64,000 nucleotides of DNA from a virus. Lineage: Duplodnaviria; Caudoviricetes. Of the stretch, positions 17,846-28,404 are shown piece by piece (positions within the stretch are counted from its first letter, which is position 1; the number at the start of each line of letters is the position of its first letter). A program made the translations under genes and the position numbers. The notes beneath the pieces are model-generated. The model had not been told where the DNA came from and did not search any database. It saw nothing but the letters and a program-made list of their open reading frames with translations. The stretch lies in the IMG/VR virus record IMGVR_UViG_3300025154_001556. One strand, written 5' to 3'.

Positions 17846-18868
17846 TTAACTCCGGCGAGTGCGCTTTTTAATGTCCGTCCTATCTTTTATTTTTTGTGCT
17901 TCTTTGGGTTTATCATACTTTATATCTTGGTATAAATCATTAGATTGCGTTATTATGACCTCTTCTTTACTAAAAGCGGACATTTTGCCTTTATTAAACT
18001 TATTACTTTTTTTAGCCGCGTTTTCTTTGGTACGCTCATTATAGTAATCAGTCATGTAAGCATCTAGTGCATCATCGTCCTCTATTATACTATCTGGTGG
18101 TCTATCTTCAGGCATCATTTCGTATATGTTAGAATAATAACTTGACCAATATATTAAATTAAGCTGATCATTAGAGTACTCAACTGTCGGTATACCAAAT
18201 AAAGACTCAGTAACTTTTTGGCTATGTACATAACGTATACGCCATAAATTGTGTCTTGCAATAAATCTAATTGTCTTCATTGGGATGCCATGATAAAAAT
18301 GTAGAAAAGCATTCATAACTTTAATTTTAAAATTTATATTTTTTTCTAAAACTAAACTATCTACATTATCCCAATAATGCTTATCGCCTTGTTCTGTGTA
18401 TGCACAAGCCCAACATAAATAATGATGTCTTTCTTCATCTGCCTTTGTTTCGGCGGACATGATTAACCTAGAATTCTTTTTATACTCTATTTCATTTATC
18501 TGATCTTTAATTTTATTGATAAGCTTTTTAATTCTATCTGCATTAGCTTTTACTTTGGTAGTTTTAGACAGAAGCGCTTCTTGGGCCTCTAATTGTGATT
18601 TTAGTTTGGCAACTTTTGTTATATCTTCTTCTGTATATAAACCACGCTCGCTTAGTAATTTTTCTAATTCGGTTATAGAGTATAAGCCTTCATTGATTGC
18701 TTGCTTATAAGATCTCTCATAAACCAGTGTAGCTCTAAGACGTATTTCAGAAGTTGGTTGCTTAAATATTAAGTATACCTCTTCTGAACCTTTAGTAATG
18801 TTTACTATTTCCTTTCCTGTGAAAACCTTAAGTAGATAACTATCCACCTCTTCATAAGATAGTTCCAT
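17846..18868 (-). CDS. Probable tail assembly chaperone (pre-TMP protein)
   Basis: 340 aa ORF immediately upstream of the TMP; coiled-coil and acidic/basic C-terminus. Assignment is positional. Confidence 0.45.
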   Translation of the reverse strand: MELSYEEVDSYLLKVFTGKEIVNITKGSEEVYLIFKQPTSEIRLRATLVYERSYKQAINEGLYSITELEKLLSERGLYTEEDITKVAKLKSQLEAQEALLSKTTKVKANADRIKKLINKIKDQINEIEYKKNSRLIMSAETKADEERHHYLCWACAYTEQGDKHYWDNVDSLVLEKNINFKIKVMNAFLHFYHGIPMKTIRFIARHNLWRIRYVHSQKVTESLFGIPTVEYSNDQLNLIYWSSYYSNIYEMMPEDRPPDSIIEDDDALDAYMTDYYNERTKENAAKKSNKFNKGKMSAFSKEEVIITQSNDLYQDIKYDKPKEAQKIKDRTDIKKRTRRS

Positions 18869-18886
18869 GCGTGGCCTTTATATATA

Positions 18887-18920
18887 GTTATGGGGCTGCT
18901 TTTATACAGCCCCTTATAAC
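18887..18920. terminator. Intergenic hairpin GGGGCTG-N8-CAGCCCC
   Basis: Perfect 7-bp GC stem (18892-18898 / 18907-18913) with imperfect GTTAT/ATAAC extension between two CDSs; weak U-tract. Confidence 0.4.
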
Positions 18921-18930
18921 AAGCAATTCT

Positions 18931-19689
18931 TTATTTTGTTTTTTTACGATTTGTTTTTGGCTTTACAACTTCAGACTCAACAGAAGTATTGTGCTCTTCG
19001 GTAACCAGTTGTTCTTCTTTAAGTTCGTCAACAAGTTCTTCTTCTGCTGCTGCTTTAGCTGCCTCTAAGGCAGCCCTAGCTCTGGTCATGAGATCTTCTT
19101 CTACCTCTTTCATAGCCATAGCTTCCGGAGACTTTTCCATAAAGTTTGAATCAAGTCCTTGCAGGAACAACATTACTTCGAAACGTGCTCTCATTGCTAG
19201 ATCTTTATTCTTTGACTTTAAAAAAGCATCGTAGTTTTCCCACACCCTTTTACCATTAGCGTCTTTGGTAATACTTGAAGTTAGATGTTCCAGTCTGGAA
19301 TCATCAGCCATCTGTTCACAGGTATTTGATAACGGCCCGTTTAAACGTTGGTTCCATTGGAAGAGTTCTTCTCTGGCTATGGATACTTCTACCGCCAAGT
19401 TTCTTTTGTCTTCCATTGTTTCTGCTGAGTCAAGTTGGTCTATCTTGGAGCGTAGGTCTGCAATAAGCTCTTGGGCTCTTTGTTCGAACTCAGGACCAAT
19501 AATGCCTCTACGCATAAGAATGTCTTGCATTTCTGCAGCAGTTGTTATGCCCTCTACCAAACATTTAGTGTATGTTTTGCTGTATTGCCAGTCGGCGCCG
19601 CGGATGTCTTCTGCGGTGGGGGATGAGATAAAATATTCGGTGGTGCCATCAGCACCCTTGAAGTTACGATCTATGGTGTTATCGCTCAT
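18931..19689 (-). CDS. Probable tail assembly chaperone
   Basis: 252 aa helical ORF between tail tube and TMP; positional inference. Confidence 0.4.
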   Translation of the reverse strand: MSDNTIDRNFKGADGTTEYFISSPTAEDIRGADWQYSKTYTKCLVEGITTAAEMQDILMRRGIIGPEFEQRAQELIADLRSKIDQLDSAETMEDKRNLAVEVSIAREELFQWNQRLNGPLSNTCEQMADDSRLEHLTSSITKDANGKRVWENYDAFLKSKNKDLAMRARFEVMLFLQGLDSNFMEKSPEAMAMKEVEEDLMTRARAALEAAKAAAEEELVDELKEEQLVTEEHNTSVESEVVKPKTNRKKTK

Positions 19690-19730
19690 AATAAATACTC
19701 CTTTACCTTTAAATTAAAAACCTTAGCCTT

Positions 19731-19982
19731 TTACTTCCTATTATTTGAAACTTCTATAACATCCTCTGAATTGATTTTTAATACCATCTCGTATTGGTCT
19801 GATTTGTTTTTCAGATTCCTAATACAGTTATTACCAACTCTGAGGATTTTGGCTCTAAGTGCTTTGAACGTCCCTTGATGTTCACAAGCCACCTGAGCAA
19901 AGTCTAAAGCAGATTCAAATAGTCTTGTCACTTCTTTTTCTATTTCTCTTTTGAATCTATCCCTGCTCTTTAAATTATCCAT
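19731..19982 (-). CDS. Hypothetical protein (83 aa, MDNLKSRD..)
   Basis: ATG at 19982 with GGAGG/AAGGA upstream; the longer track start overlaps a terminator. Confidence 0.55.
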   Translation of the reverse strand: MDNLKSRDRFKREIEKEVTRLFESALDFAQVACEHQGTFKALRAKILRVGNNCIRNLKNKSDQYEMVLKINSEDVIEVSNNRK

Positions 19983-19996
19983 TCCTTTAATCCTCC

Positions 19997-20030
19997 AAAT
20001 ATATAAGGGGTGAGGTATTACCCCCACCCC
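19997..20030 (-). terminator. Rho-independent terminator after the tail tube gene
   Basis: GGGGTGGGG-GTAATA-CCTCACCCC followed by TTATATATTT on the minus strand. Confidence 0.65.
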
Positions 20031-20047
20031 TCCCAGTTAATTAAAAA

Positions 20048-21661
20048 TTAACCATTACGTCTTACTTTATAGTCGCCGGTAATATGTGTAATATCGATAT
20101 CACCTTTAACTACATAAAGGTCATTGGTTGATCTGAAACCAAAAGTCTGAGTCATATTAGCACCCATATCAAGTGTTGAGCCCTCATCAGTAATCTTAAG
20201 GTGTTCAACGATAATGGTTTTAAGTGCATACTCACGGTCGCCCGCAGCATATGTACCCATAACACCGTTATTCCAGTAATTCTGACCAATAAGATCGGAG
20301 CCGGCTCTAACAGTTCTAACATAACCTGTACCCTTAGCTTCCTCATCGGTTTGAGCATAAACTTTAACAACAAGTTTAAGATCTTCAGAGGCCATAAGGT
20401 CAGCTAAATTGATGTCTTCCAAAGAGTCCGCATCAAACTCCGCAAGACGGTTGGCTACTTTTGACCAGTTCTCCAAGTCACCGGCTGTAGAATCTACAGT
20501 TACAGTGATAGGAATAGGCAGCGTAAGGGGTCTATCATAAGGCCCTAAATGACCAAGCTCTGATAGAGGCTCACGTGTAAGGTCAGAAGAAATAGTACAA
20601 CCAGTCAAACGCCAAGCAATATCCCACTCAGCGGCATCATTGGCTACGATATAAACTGCAACCTGACCCTGACGAAGAGCGCCCAGAAAATCAGGCCTTG
20701 ATGTAGCGTCAAGTACTTGGAAATAAGTATTTTCGGTTGTATTGCCATAGCCATTGGCGGCGTACAACATTTCTAATCTGTCCCCAGCACCAAATGTAGT
20801 GCCTGTCGGAAAAGTAATTACATGTCCTGTACTGTTATATACAAACTTAGACGCTCTAGCAGCTGCTTCTTCAGCCGCAGCTAAGGCAGCTACCTGTGCT
20901 TCAGTCATAACAGCTACATTTACCATCTCGTTGGCGCTAGCATCGTACCAAGTTACCGCTGGAGAACCGTTATCATCTTTACGTAAGAACCCAGGGTTTG
21001 CCGATGAAAGCTCGGCTACTGCATAAGCTCCAGCAGATAAAGTTGTGGAGGTCTCTGAACCGGTTGTAAAAGTGAAAGTATCCATGTTTACAAAGCGACC
21101 GGCATTCAGAAGCCACATCTTGTTATCGGTTTCAGCGCCGTAGTTCTCAGTAGCGTTAGCACCGGTGGTGTAACTAAATTCGAGGCTATTAACATAAACT
21201 TCGTCCATAAACAGAGTCTGATCTATGTTATTAGCAAGTGTACCAATAGAGCACTCGTCCTGAACAGGAGCCCAAATTGTAACACCGGGTAAGTTACCAC
21301 ATACGATTGAAAAGTCAGCCAGAGAAACACCATGTAGATAGGTGCTTGTTTCTGCAAGCTGAGTACCACTTACAACAACTAAATTACCATTTGTACTTGT
21401 AGCAGTAGCAGACATTGCTGCTTTTGCAGGTGAAACCTGTGCTAGTGTAGCCAGTGTTTTGACATCACCGAAGTCATTTGTGTTCAAGGTCACTGCCACT
21501 GCTGGAACGTCATCGACAACGTCAATGATATCCAGATGACCGAGTTCAAAAATATCTTCACTGGTAAATGTCGTGGTGCTTCCTAAAGATTGTACACGGT
21601 AAAGAACCTCACCGTTACACCACACCGATTGGCTCGCATAAATTATTCTATTCCTTGCCAT
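20048..21661 (-). CDS. Major tail tube protein with internally duplicated tube domain
   Basis: 537 aa; strong AGGAGG RBS; two copies of a tube-like pattern (RVQSLG..ELGHL..P.V.VT and RLTGCT..ELGHL..PITVT; GANATENYG and GANMTQTFG); followed by a terminator. Confidence 0.7.
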   Translation of the reverse strand: MARNRIIYASQSVWCNGEVLYRVQSLGSTTTFTSEDIFELGHLDIIDVVDDVPAVAVTLNTNDFGDVKTLATLAQVSPAKAAMSATATSTNGNLVVVSGTQLAETSTYLHGVSLADFSIVCGNLPGVTIWAPVQDECSIGTLANNIDQTLFMDEVYVNSLEFSYTTGANATENYGAETDNKMWLLNAGRFVNMDTFTFTTGSETSTTLSAGAYAVAELSSANPGFLRKDDNGSPAVTWYDASANEMVNVAVMTEAQVAALAAAEEAAARASKFVYNSTGHVITFPTGTTFGAGDRLEMLYAANGYGNTTENTYFQVLDATSRPDFLGALRQGQVAVYIVANDAAEWDIAWRLTGCTISSDLTREPLSELGHLGPYDRPLTLPIPITVTVDSTAGDLENWSKVANRLAEFDADSLEDINLADLMASEDLKLVVKVYAQTDEEAKGTGYVRTVRAGSDLIGQNYWNNGVMGTYAAGDREYALKTIIVEHLKITDEGSTLDMGANMTQTFGFRSTNDLYVVKGDIDITHITGDYKVRRNG

Positions 21662-21840
21662 ATCGTTTTTTCCTCCTAGAAAATTAATTTTTTTGAAGAC
21701 TTACTTTTAAATAAAGTGTAATTCTATAAATTTTTGGTTGGTATGTTTACTACTTCCTTTGTGTTTAATAAGAGCTGAGGCGGCCCTATGTTAAACCAAA
21801 GCCGTGTCCTCCCACATCCTGTGGGAAATTTAAAACTTCT

Positions 21841-21865
21841 ACTATATCTTAATAGGTTAGTTAAT
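21841..21865 (-). promoter_or_regulatory. Candidate phage-specific late promoter motif ATTAACTAACCTATTAAGATATAG
   Basis: Near-identical copy ATTAAGTAACCTATCTATATATAG at about 36912-36936; both are intergenic and upstream of structural operons. Confidence 0.45.
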
Positions 21866-21888
21866 TAGTATGTATATATAATTATTTA

Positions 21889-22767
21889 CTAACTACCATC
21901 AAGGTAAGAATACATATCTAACGATATCTTACTCCGGTACGCATTTAAGTCACTCAACATTACTTGATCAACACCTCTTGACATTACTAATGGCAGATTA
22001 ACGTGTCTTGATGTTACGTTATCAAAATATAAATTACTTACTCCTAATACTACTGATCTATCAAATAAATTAGTATCTTTATTAAGGTTGTATTTCCTAT
22101 TATAGAATGTGCCATCGTAATCTAGTACAGACCCATCTGGAAAATCCATTAATGGTATACTTTTTAAATACAATGCGTTGTAAATAACTTCTACTATGTC
22201 ATTACGTTCAGATGTGGATGAAGCAAAAACATGTATATCCACTTTTCTAGCATCTTTATGACCGCCACCTAATTGATAGCCAGTTTTATCTGTACCATTA
22301 ATGTCAATGACAACTACTGGCGGATCTTCTGCTTGTATAGCTGCCCACTCATCAACTATACCGGCGTAGTGCCAATAGTAGTCTACAGAATGAGGGGTCA
22401 CGGTGCCTGACGTTACTATTCTACCATCAACATAGTCTACTATATAGCTGTTTTCATCTATTATATTACCATTAATGTCATACACCACAACCCGCTCTGA
22501 TTGTTCTCTAGTTGGGAGTCCTCTATAACAGTAAGGACTTGTACCGGATACAGTATCGAAATAAAGCCATCCTCGCCCGCGGGCGGTAGGTTTAGGTATC
22601 ATCTCAGTCAACGCTTCGTACACAAAACTGGTAGCTGAGGATATTTCTGGTATATATTCGAGAGGAATATTTTCTTCACGTTCAATAAAATCTACTAACA
22701 CTATTTCTTTAAGATAGTGATATAAACTTAGATCTTCTTTACGTAGCTTGGTCATTTCTGAACTCAT
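21889..22767 (-). CDS. Probable tail terminator / tail completion protein
   Basis: 292 aa directly upstream of the tail tube; PVVVIDING..RKVDIHVFASSTSERNDIVEVIY resembles tail-completion folds. Confidence 0.5.
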   Translation of the reverse strand: MSSEMTKLRKEDLSLYHYLKEIVLVDFIEREENIPLEYIPEISSATSFVYEALTEMIPKPTARGRGWLYFDTVSGTSPYCYRGLPTREQSERVVVYDINGNIIDENSYIVDYVDGRIVTSGTVTPHSVDYYWHYAGIVDEWAAIQAEDPPVVVIDINGTDKTGYQLGGGHKDARKVDIHVFASSTSERNDIVEVIYNALYLKSIPLMDFPDGSVLDYDGTFYNRKYNLNKDTNLFDRSVVLGVSNLYFDNVTSRHVNLPLVMSRGVDQVMLSDLNAYRSKISLDMYSYLDGS

Positions 22768-23406
22768 TTAATAAACCTCTCCTAGCTTTAATTGCGCATC
22801 TATTACTGCTTCTTTTATCCACAGAGGTAATTGTATAGCAACATAATCATTTACATCTTTAAATATATCCATAGGTCCAGCGTTAGAAAAAGGGTACATA
22901 ACAAAATTAGTTTTTAACTCTTTTTCTTTACTTCTAATAAAAGCATTATATTTTAATAAATATATCTTTTCCTTAGCGGACAAAGAACTATCGGCTACGT
23001 GCTCTGTTACACCACTTTTGCCGAATATTTTAGCATATTGATCACCATTAACTTCAACATATTGTCCTACTATACCTTCTAATATATTTTCTATAACCCT
23101 TAATTTACCACTAAAATCAAAGTTGGACATATCAGGAACAGTAAAAGATACCTGTCCATTGGTAACTGTTACGTATTCAAAGTTATCTAATCGGGCTATA
23201 AAATCTTCAATATAATCTTCAGGCCTAGTTTTACTACGCTTATCTGTAACCACATTAGTTAGCTGTTGAGAGTAAGAGTCCACAATAACATCTTTAACCT
23301 CATCTATCCTAGAAGTCAGTTTAAAGAACAGTTCTTTTTCTATAATATTCTCAAATTTATACGCTATTTCATGTGCGGATTTAATTACTTTTAATGGTGC
23401 TGCCAT
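22768..23406 (-). CDS. Hypothetical neck-region protein
   Basis: 212 aa, translationally coupled within the neck cluster. Confidence 0.4.
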   Translation of the reverse strand: MAAPLKVIKSAHEIAYKFENIIEKELFFKLTSRIDEVKDVIVDSYSQQLTNVVTDKRSKTRPEDYIEDFIARLDNFEYVTVTNGQVSFTVPDMSNFDFSGKLRVIENILEGIVGQYVEVNGDQYAKIFGKSGVTEHVADSSLSAKEKIYLLKYNAFIRSKEKELKTNFVMYPFSNAGPMDIFKDVNDYVAIQLPLWIKEAVIDAQLKLGEVY

Positions 23407-24005
23407 TATGTGTAGTCCTTAATTATCTCAGTAGTGTCTACTTTGGGCTTGTCAGTAGTAAAAGCAGTAATGATTAATAAAGATTGATTACCCAAGCCTC
23501 TTAATAACGGAGGTTTTGATAATTTACAGTCTACTCCATCTACTATAATTTTAACACAATTTTTAAATAAATCAAAGTATTTAGGATCTGTTTTTAGTTG
23601 TACTATCGTAGACCCTTCTGTGCCCGCTGGGGTGTATGTCATCGTATTACCAAAACCGCTAGCGGATGGGTCCCAAGTAATTAAGCAGTCTGCCCAAGCC
23701 CTACGTTGTGTTTCCAAAAATCCTTTACCAGTACAAACTGGACACCTACCACGTAAAAAGTATTTATAGTGTATGGTGACATTACCAGCAGCTTCCCACT
23801 CTGCTTGTTTAGCCAAAGCTTCTAAGGGTGTCCAAGAGCACTTGCCAGTACTTGAATCAGTCATTTTATCATAGTAGCAATTTGTACATTCTGATTTTAT
23901 TGGCTGTTTATACACCTGTACTTTACGTGATAAGCCTTTAATTACATTACGTATTGCTTTCTGGTACCTATCTTTTGTAAAGGATTTAATGCGGTTATCT
24001 TTCAT
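23406..24005 (-). CDS. Probable head-closure (stopper) protein with CxxC motifs
   Basis: 199 aa; CTNC and CPVC motifs; position between adaptor and tail completion genes. Confidence 0.45.
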   Translation of the reverse strand: MKDNRIKSFTKDRYQKAIRNVIKGLSRKVQVYKQPIKSECTNCYYDKMTDSSTGKCSWTPLEALAKQAEWEAAGNVTIHYKYFLRGRCPVCTGKGFLETQRRAWADCLITWDPSASGFGNTMTYTPAGTEGSTIVQLKTDPKYFDLFKNCVKIIVDGVDCKLSKPPLLRGLGNQSLLIITAFTTDKPKVDTTEIIKDYT

Positions 24006-24051
24006 TACTTAATTTCCCAAAAGTTTAAGTATGTAGTATTAATGTTTGTCA

Positions 24052-25014
24052 TTAATCGATCCTTACTCCACCAATACCTAACATTCTTACTGAATGTATG
24101 GCGTCATCTAAACGTTTTCTTATTGCATCCAATAATTCTTTTCTAGCCCGTATACCAGGTGATGGGTCATACTTAGAATTTTCATCAGTTATTATTGCAC
24201 CATCCTCACTTACGTAATCCCAGGTTTCTGACATTAGTAAATCATAAGCACAAGCCAGCATGTATATTTCCGCATTAGCGTTGGCTGCTGTTAACGGAGG
24301 AGGCGGGGGTGTGTTATCATAGGCTTCCATAATTTCTCTGTCTGACCATCTAAATGTGTAATACCAGATGTCTACCCCGCTTTGAATCATACGCCCACCT
24401 GATATAACAGTAACAGGAGTGTCAATATAACCATTAAATCTTAAATACCTATAACCATTTATGGAGGGATTGGCAGTTTCTGTATATTGCACCCCGTTCA
24501 TATTTACAAAAGCGGGCCAGCCTTTTTCATCCAGCACGTAAGTCCGGCCATCCGGCATTATAGAGGATTCTGCCTCATCACCATATTCCCTGTCTAAACC
24601 TATGGGGTCACCTATAAGTAAACGTATACGTTTTATTATTAACTGATCTGCTGTACCATATTCGATCTCAGGAGGATAGGCCGGGTCGTAGTATAAATCT
24701 TGTGCCTCTCCAAGTATAGGGTCTGTCCAACCACTTACTGACCCGGTAGATGAGCTATAGTATCTAGATGTATACCAATCCGCAGCTGCTCCACTTGGGT
24801 CCATAAAGTAGTATTGACTATATTGTGGTAGTAATATAATCTCATCTGTATCAGTAATATTACTTATCTGGTCTGTACCAGATACAGCAGTGTAGTATGT
24901 AACATCAACAGGCGTCTGTGGTATGCCTATACCAGAGTAACGCATTAGCTGTATTCTATCAAATACTGATAATATTGTGGCTATGGAATCTAGCGTAAAG
25001 GTGAGATTGATCAT
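24052..25014 (-). CDS. Probable head-tail adaptor protein
   Basis: 320 aa; IIKRIRLLIGD and IYMLACAYDLL segments typical of adaptor proteins; neck-cluster position. Confidence 0.5.
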   Translation of the reverse strand: MINLTFTLDSIATILSVFDRIQLMRYSGIGIPQTPVDVTYYTAVSGTDQISNITDTDEIILLPQYSQYYFMDPSGAAADWYTSRYYSSSTGSVSGWTDPILGEAQDLYYDPAYPPEIEYGTADQLIIKRIRLLIGDPIGLDREYGDEAESSIMPDGRTYVLDEKGWPAFVNMNGVQYTETANPSINGYRYLRFNGYIDTPVTVISGGRMIQSGVDIWYYTFRWSDREIMEAYDNTPPPPPLTAANANAEIYMLACAYDLLMSETWDYVSEDGAIITDENSKYDPSPGIRARKELLDAIRKRLDDAIHSVRMLGIGGVRID

Positions 25015-25758
25015 TTAATCCTCCAAATAACTACATTTATAATTCTTATGTTGGTTTCTGTTACCCTTGGCGCATGACACCATATGGGCCGGGTTAAGTT
25101 TATGCTCCCTACAAAAAGACGCTAAACAGTCTATAAGTATAATTTCGCCTGTAGGTGTCTCTATACTGTATTTCTTGGCATTTGGATTTAAAGCCCCAAT
25201 AAATCTACCTTTTAATGTAGTAGCTATTTTACTTTTAGTTTCATTATGTCTTGGTTTACCATAATTAGGGTTGTTAGCCCCAACATACATCCCAGAGTTC
25301 TTCCTTGTTTCTGACATCTTTCTTTTGGCGGACTCTGTATGTTTTCTGCCTTTTTTAGACGCACTAATCTTTTGTCTGGCTTCTTCTGATAGAATGTTAC
25401 CGTAAGCGGGATGATCGGAGCCTTTTAATCCGTACATTGCATTTAACTCGCCTACAGCCCCTATACTATTAGTTCCACCTTCAGTCATATTGTACCCTTT
25501 GTTAAAACTATTATACTCATTTATATAGTATATTTCCTTTTCATTCAGCGCTTCTTTATTATAAGCACTATCTAACTTAGACCAAATAAAATTGGCCGGG
25601 CCGTGTTTTAATAAAGCTTGATACAGTTTATACGATTTACGTTTCATGGCATTTAAATGTTGTGTTTTACGTCTTGCCAAAGTATGCGTAGTTTGACCTA
25701 TATATACTTTACCATTAATTACATTAGTTACTTTATATATTATACCGTAAATATTCAT
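25015..25758 (-). mobile_element. Free-standing GIY-YIG homing endonuclease with NUMOD3 repeats
   Basis: GIIYKVTNVINGKVYIGQT, ALNEKEIYYI, KGYNMTEGG; NUMOD3-like SEEARQKISASKKG, HTESAKRKMSE, HNETKSKIA. Confidence 0.9.
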
Positions 25759-25765
25759 AATATAC

Positions 25766-27985
25766 CTATAAATTTGTAGGCCATGGAAACACTACATTAG
25801 TTTTTTGTACACGCATACTAGGTTTAATTTCTATTGCTTGCGTTGACTTTTCACCAACCTCATGAGCATGTGTCTCAGGATCTTTTACGGCAACAACCCT
25901 GGTTATTACAGAACCTATACCCATTATCACGTCATCTAAATAGATACTTAAAGGCCTGGTGGCTTTAAATTCTATCTCATCTATATACACCTCGGTCATA
26001 TTAAAAGAATCAAACGGTATATAGATTCTTTGCCATTCTTCTATCAAACTACTGTTTAAATAATGCCTTAAACTTACGGCATTACCATTAATACTGCCTA
26101 CACTTTTTAAAGTAACTTCTATGTCCGCAGCTGCTGACCATTCTTGTAGGTTTAATTGCACCGCTATTAAGTCATACTCCTCAGTACTTATTGGGGGACC
26201 TATACGTATAAAACTAAATGAACTATTGGTTAACATACCAGAAGCGTCTAAACCATTTGTTCCTGATTTCATGGCATCCGGTGATTCTACACCAAAACCA
26301 CTATGCAACCAGTCGCCCCCTATATCTGCTACGCCAGTACCATTCCAAATATAGTAGTAGGCCTCTGTTGGACAAACAACATCAATTTCTTGTAATAAAC
26401 TGTCATTAGTTGTTGTGCCTGTACCATGTACATAGCCTATTATTCTATAAGAGCCTAATGAGGTAAAACATACCTTTTTTTCTTTTTGCTCTAAGCCTAC
26501 AGGGCTCTCCCATGTTAGTTCCCAAGAACCCTCATTATCTTTATACACTTCCCAATGATAGCCTGTCGTTGTTCCATCAGAAGAAGTACCAGTTATTTCT
26601 AATAAATAGTAGCATTCTACTGTGGTAATAGTAACATTTGTAGTAAATACCACATCATAACTTATAGTAGTGGTTTGGTTGTACCAACCATCATTCCAAT
26701 AGGCTGTTAATGTCACAATACCAGAATCTATCTGCGGGGTGTATTCAAAAACGTAGTCATGAGTGACATTGGTCGCTGTTGTTAAGTCCCCATCTTCATT
26801 ATATATCCAAGTATATCTATAACCATTTGGAGTATAAGTACCTACCCTATCGTAAGAAGTAGTTGTGTTAAGAAACTGCGCTTCTTCCGCAACTGTAACT
26901 TGGGCGGGAAACTGTGTAAAATCTACTAAGGGTCCGCCGAATAATCCTTGCTCTATTGGTATACTATAACTTATTACATGATCTTCAAAGTAGTCATTCC
27001 AATGTATATCTATACTTATTGTGTGTGTTCCTGGATTAGTAAAAGCACCTAATACGTTTGATTGTCCATACCAAGAAGTACCTAACCCCTCTGTATGGCT
27101 TATCACATCGTCTCTATTAGCAGAAACCAAAGTAGTTGTTGAACCAAAGGCCCCTGTGTCAATTATAGCCCAGTCTATACTAATTATTCTATTGTCTACA
27201 TCAGTACCTGTATATTCAAATGTTACTGGTGTATTTGGGTCCAATACAACACCTGATACTGCCTGATGACATGTTATAGCTGGAACAGGGGCATGATATA
27301 ATATCTGTATACTTTTGGTGTCACTTGTTACTGTGGCACATTCATCTTCTATATTTATATCTACATTATATATACCAGCAGTAGCCCATTGGTGTGTGGA
27401 GGATGCTACACCAGAAAGGTCTAATGTACTTGCTGTGTCGCCCCAAAAATAATCAGTATTTGTTATGGTATTTACTAATTGTATGTTTTCTCCATAACGG
27501 GTTCGCCAATGATTCATAGTGACGCCATTAAAATCCCAACTATGCACGTCATAAGAAGTGTTGGTAGTGGTATAATTAGTATTAACTAAACCCGTGGTTG
27601 GTAAACTCCATACAAGATTAGGTGCTATATTACTTTTTACTTGTATATCTAACGTATACACTGAACTACCATCTAAGGTAATTTCTGTTGCGCTCCATTG
27701 TTCTAGTAAAGAGCAGTCAGCATTTCTATCAGTAGTTGTGCCTTTCCAAAAAACTATTATTACTTTTGCATTATTTAGTGCCGCACCTTCTTGCCCTAAA
27801 AAAGCTTGATCTCCTAAATTAAAACTCCAATAAGAAGTAGATTCACAAATTCTAACATCATTCCACGTGGAAGCTGATGAAGCGGTACCATTGTTATAAA
27901 AGTATGCTTGGTATTTTATGGTAGCCCCTGATAAAGTAGCGTCCTCTAAGTAGGAAAAACCATTTATAGTAATGTTTAAAGCCAT
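25766..27985 (-). CDS. Large virion structural protein with PKD/Ig-like and carbohydrate-binding-like domains
   Basis: 739 aa, Thr/Trp-rich beta protein; PKD-like DYFWGD..HQWATAGIYNVDI; C-terminal WQRIYIPFDSF..IYLDDV resembles CBMs. Confidence 0.5.
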   Translation of the reverse strand: MALNITINGFSYLEDATLSGATIKYQAYFYNNGTASSASTWNDVRICESTSYWSFNLGDQAFLGQEGAALNNAKVIIVFWKGTTTDRNADCSLLEQWSATEITLDGSSVYTLDIQVKSNIAPNLVWSLPTTGLVNTNYTTTNTSYDVHSWDFNGVTMNHWRTRYGENIQLVNTITNTDYFWGDTASTLDLSGVASSTHQWATAGIYNVDINIEDECATVTSDTKSIQILYHAPVPAITCHQAVSGVVLDPNTPVTFEYTGTDVDNRIISIDWAIIDTGAFGSTTTLVSANRDDVISHTEGLGTSWYGQSNVLGAFTNPGTHTISIDIHWNDYFEDHVISYSIPIEQGLFGGPLVDFTQFPAQVTVAEEAQFLNTTTSYDRVGTYTPNGYRYTWIYNEDGDLTTATNVTHDYVFEYTPQIDSGIVTLTAYWNDGWYNQTTTISYDVVFTTNVTITTVECYYLLEITGTSSDGTTTGYHWEVYKDNEGSWELTWESPVGLEQKEKKVCFTSLGSYRIIGYVHGTGTTTNDSLLQEIDVVCPTEAYYYIWNGTGVADIGGDWLHSGFGVESPDAMKSGTNGLDASGMLTNSSFSFIRIGPPISTEEYDLIAVQLNLQEWSAAADIEVTLKSVGSINGNAVSLRHYLNSSLIEEWQRIYIPFDSFNMTEVYIDEIEFKATRPLSIYLDDVIMGIGSVITRVVAVKDPETHAHEVGEKSTQAIEIKPSMRVQKTNVVFPWPTNL

Positions 27986-28404
27986 TATTCACCCCAAACT
28001 ATTTCCATAGAAATAGTATTCAATGACTTTATCCAAAAACCAGAAATCTCCTCGTTATCTCCATCCACAGTTACTAATTGAAAATTATGCGGACTACTTT
28101 CTGGAGTAACGCCTACAATATATGAATAGAATGCCTGCACATCCCCTATATAAGTATTACATACTTCTACTTTATTAGCACCATAAAGATCAATAATCTG
28201 ATCTATTACATAATTTTTAATTTTGGCCGTAGTAATCCCATCATGAATGTGTTTATGCTCAGCAACCGACCAGTAACCTTGGCGAACAGGGATAGATATG
28301 AGTTGCCACCCTGGCTCTAGCTCAATCGTGCCGTGCCCTACACTTGATATACTTTCTGCCGGAGCTAGCTGGTAACCGGCCCAAGATTGGTACCGCATAT
28401 CCAT
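27985..28404 (-). CDS. Hypothetical virion protein
   Basis: 139 aa, coupled to neighbours. Confidence 0.45.
   Translation of the reverse strand: MDMRYQSWAGYQLAPAESISSVGHGTIELEPGWQLISIPVRQGYWSVAEHKHIHDGITTAKIKNYVIDQIIDLYGANKVEVCNTYIGDVQAFYSYIVGVTPESSPHNFQLVTVDGDNEEISGFWIKSLNTISMEIVWGE

Noticed and set aside
17846-19689. Programmed G/GT frameshift joining the two chaperone candidates
   Set aside because: The ORFs are separated by a 62-bp spacer containing a hairpin, and no slippery site precedes the first stop.
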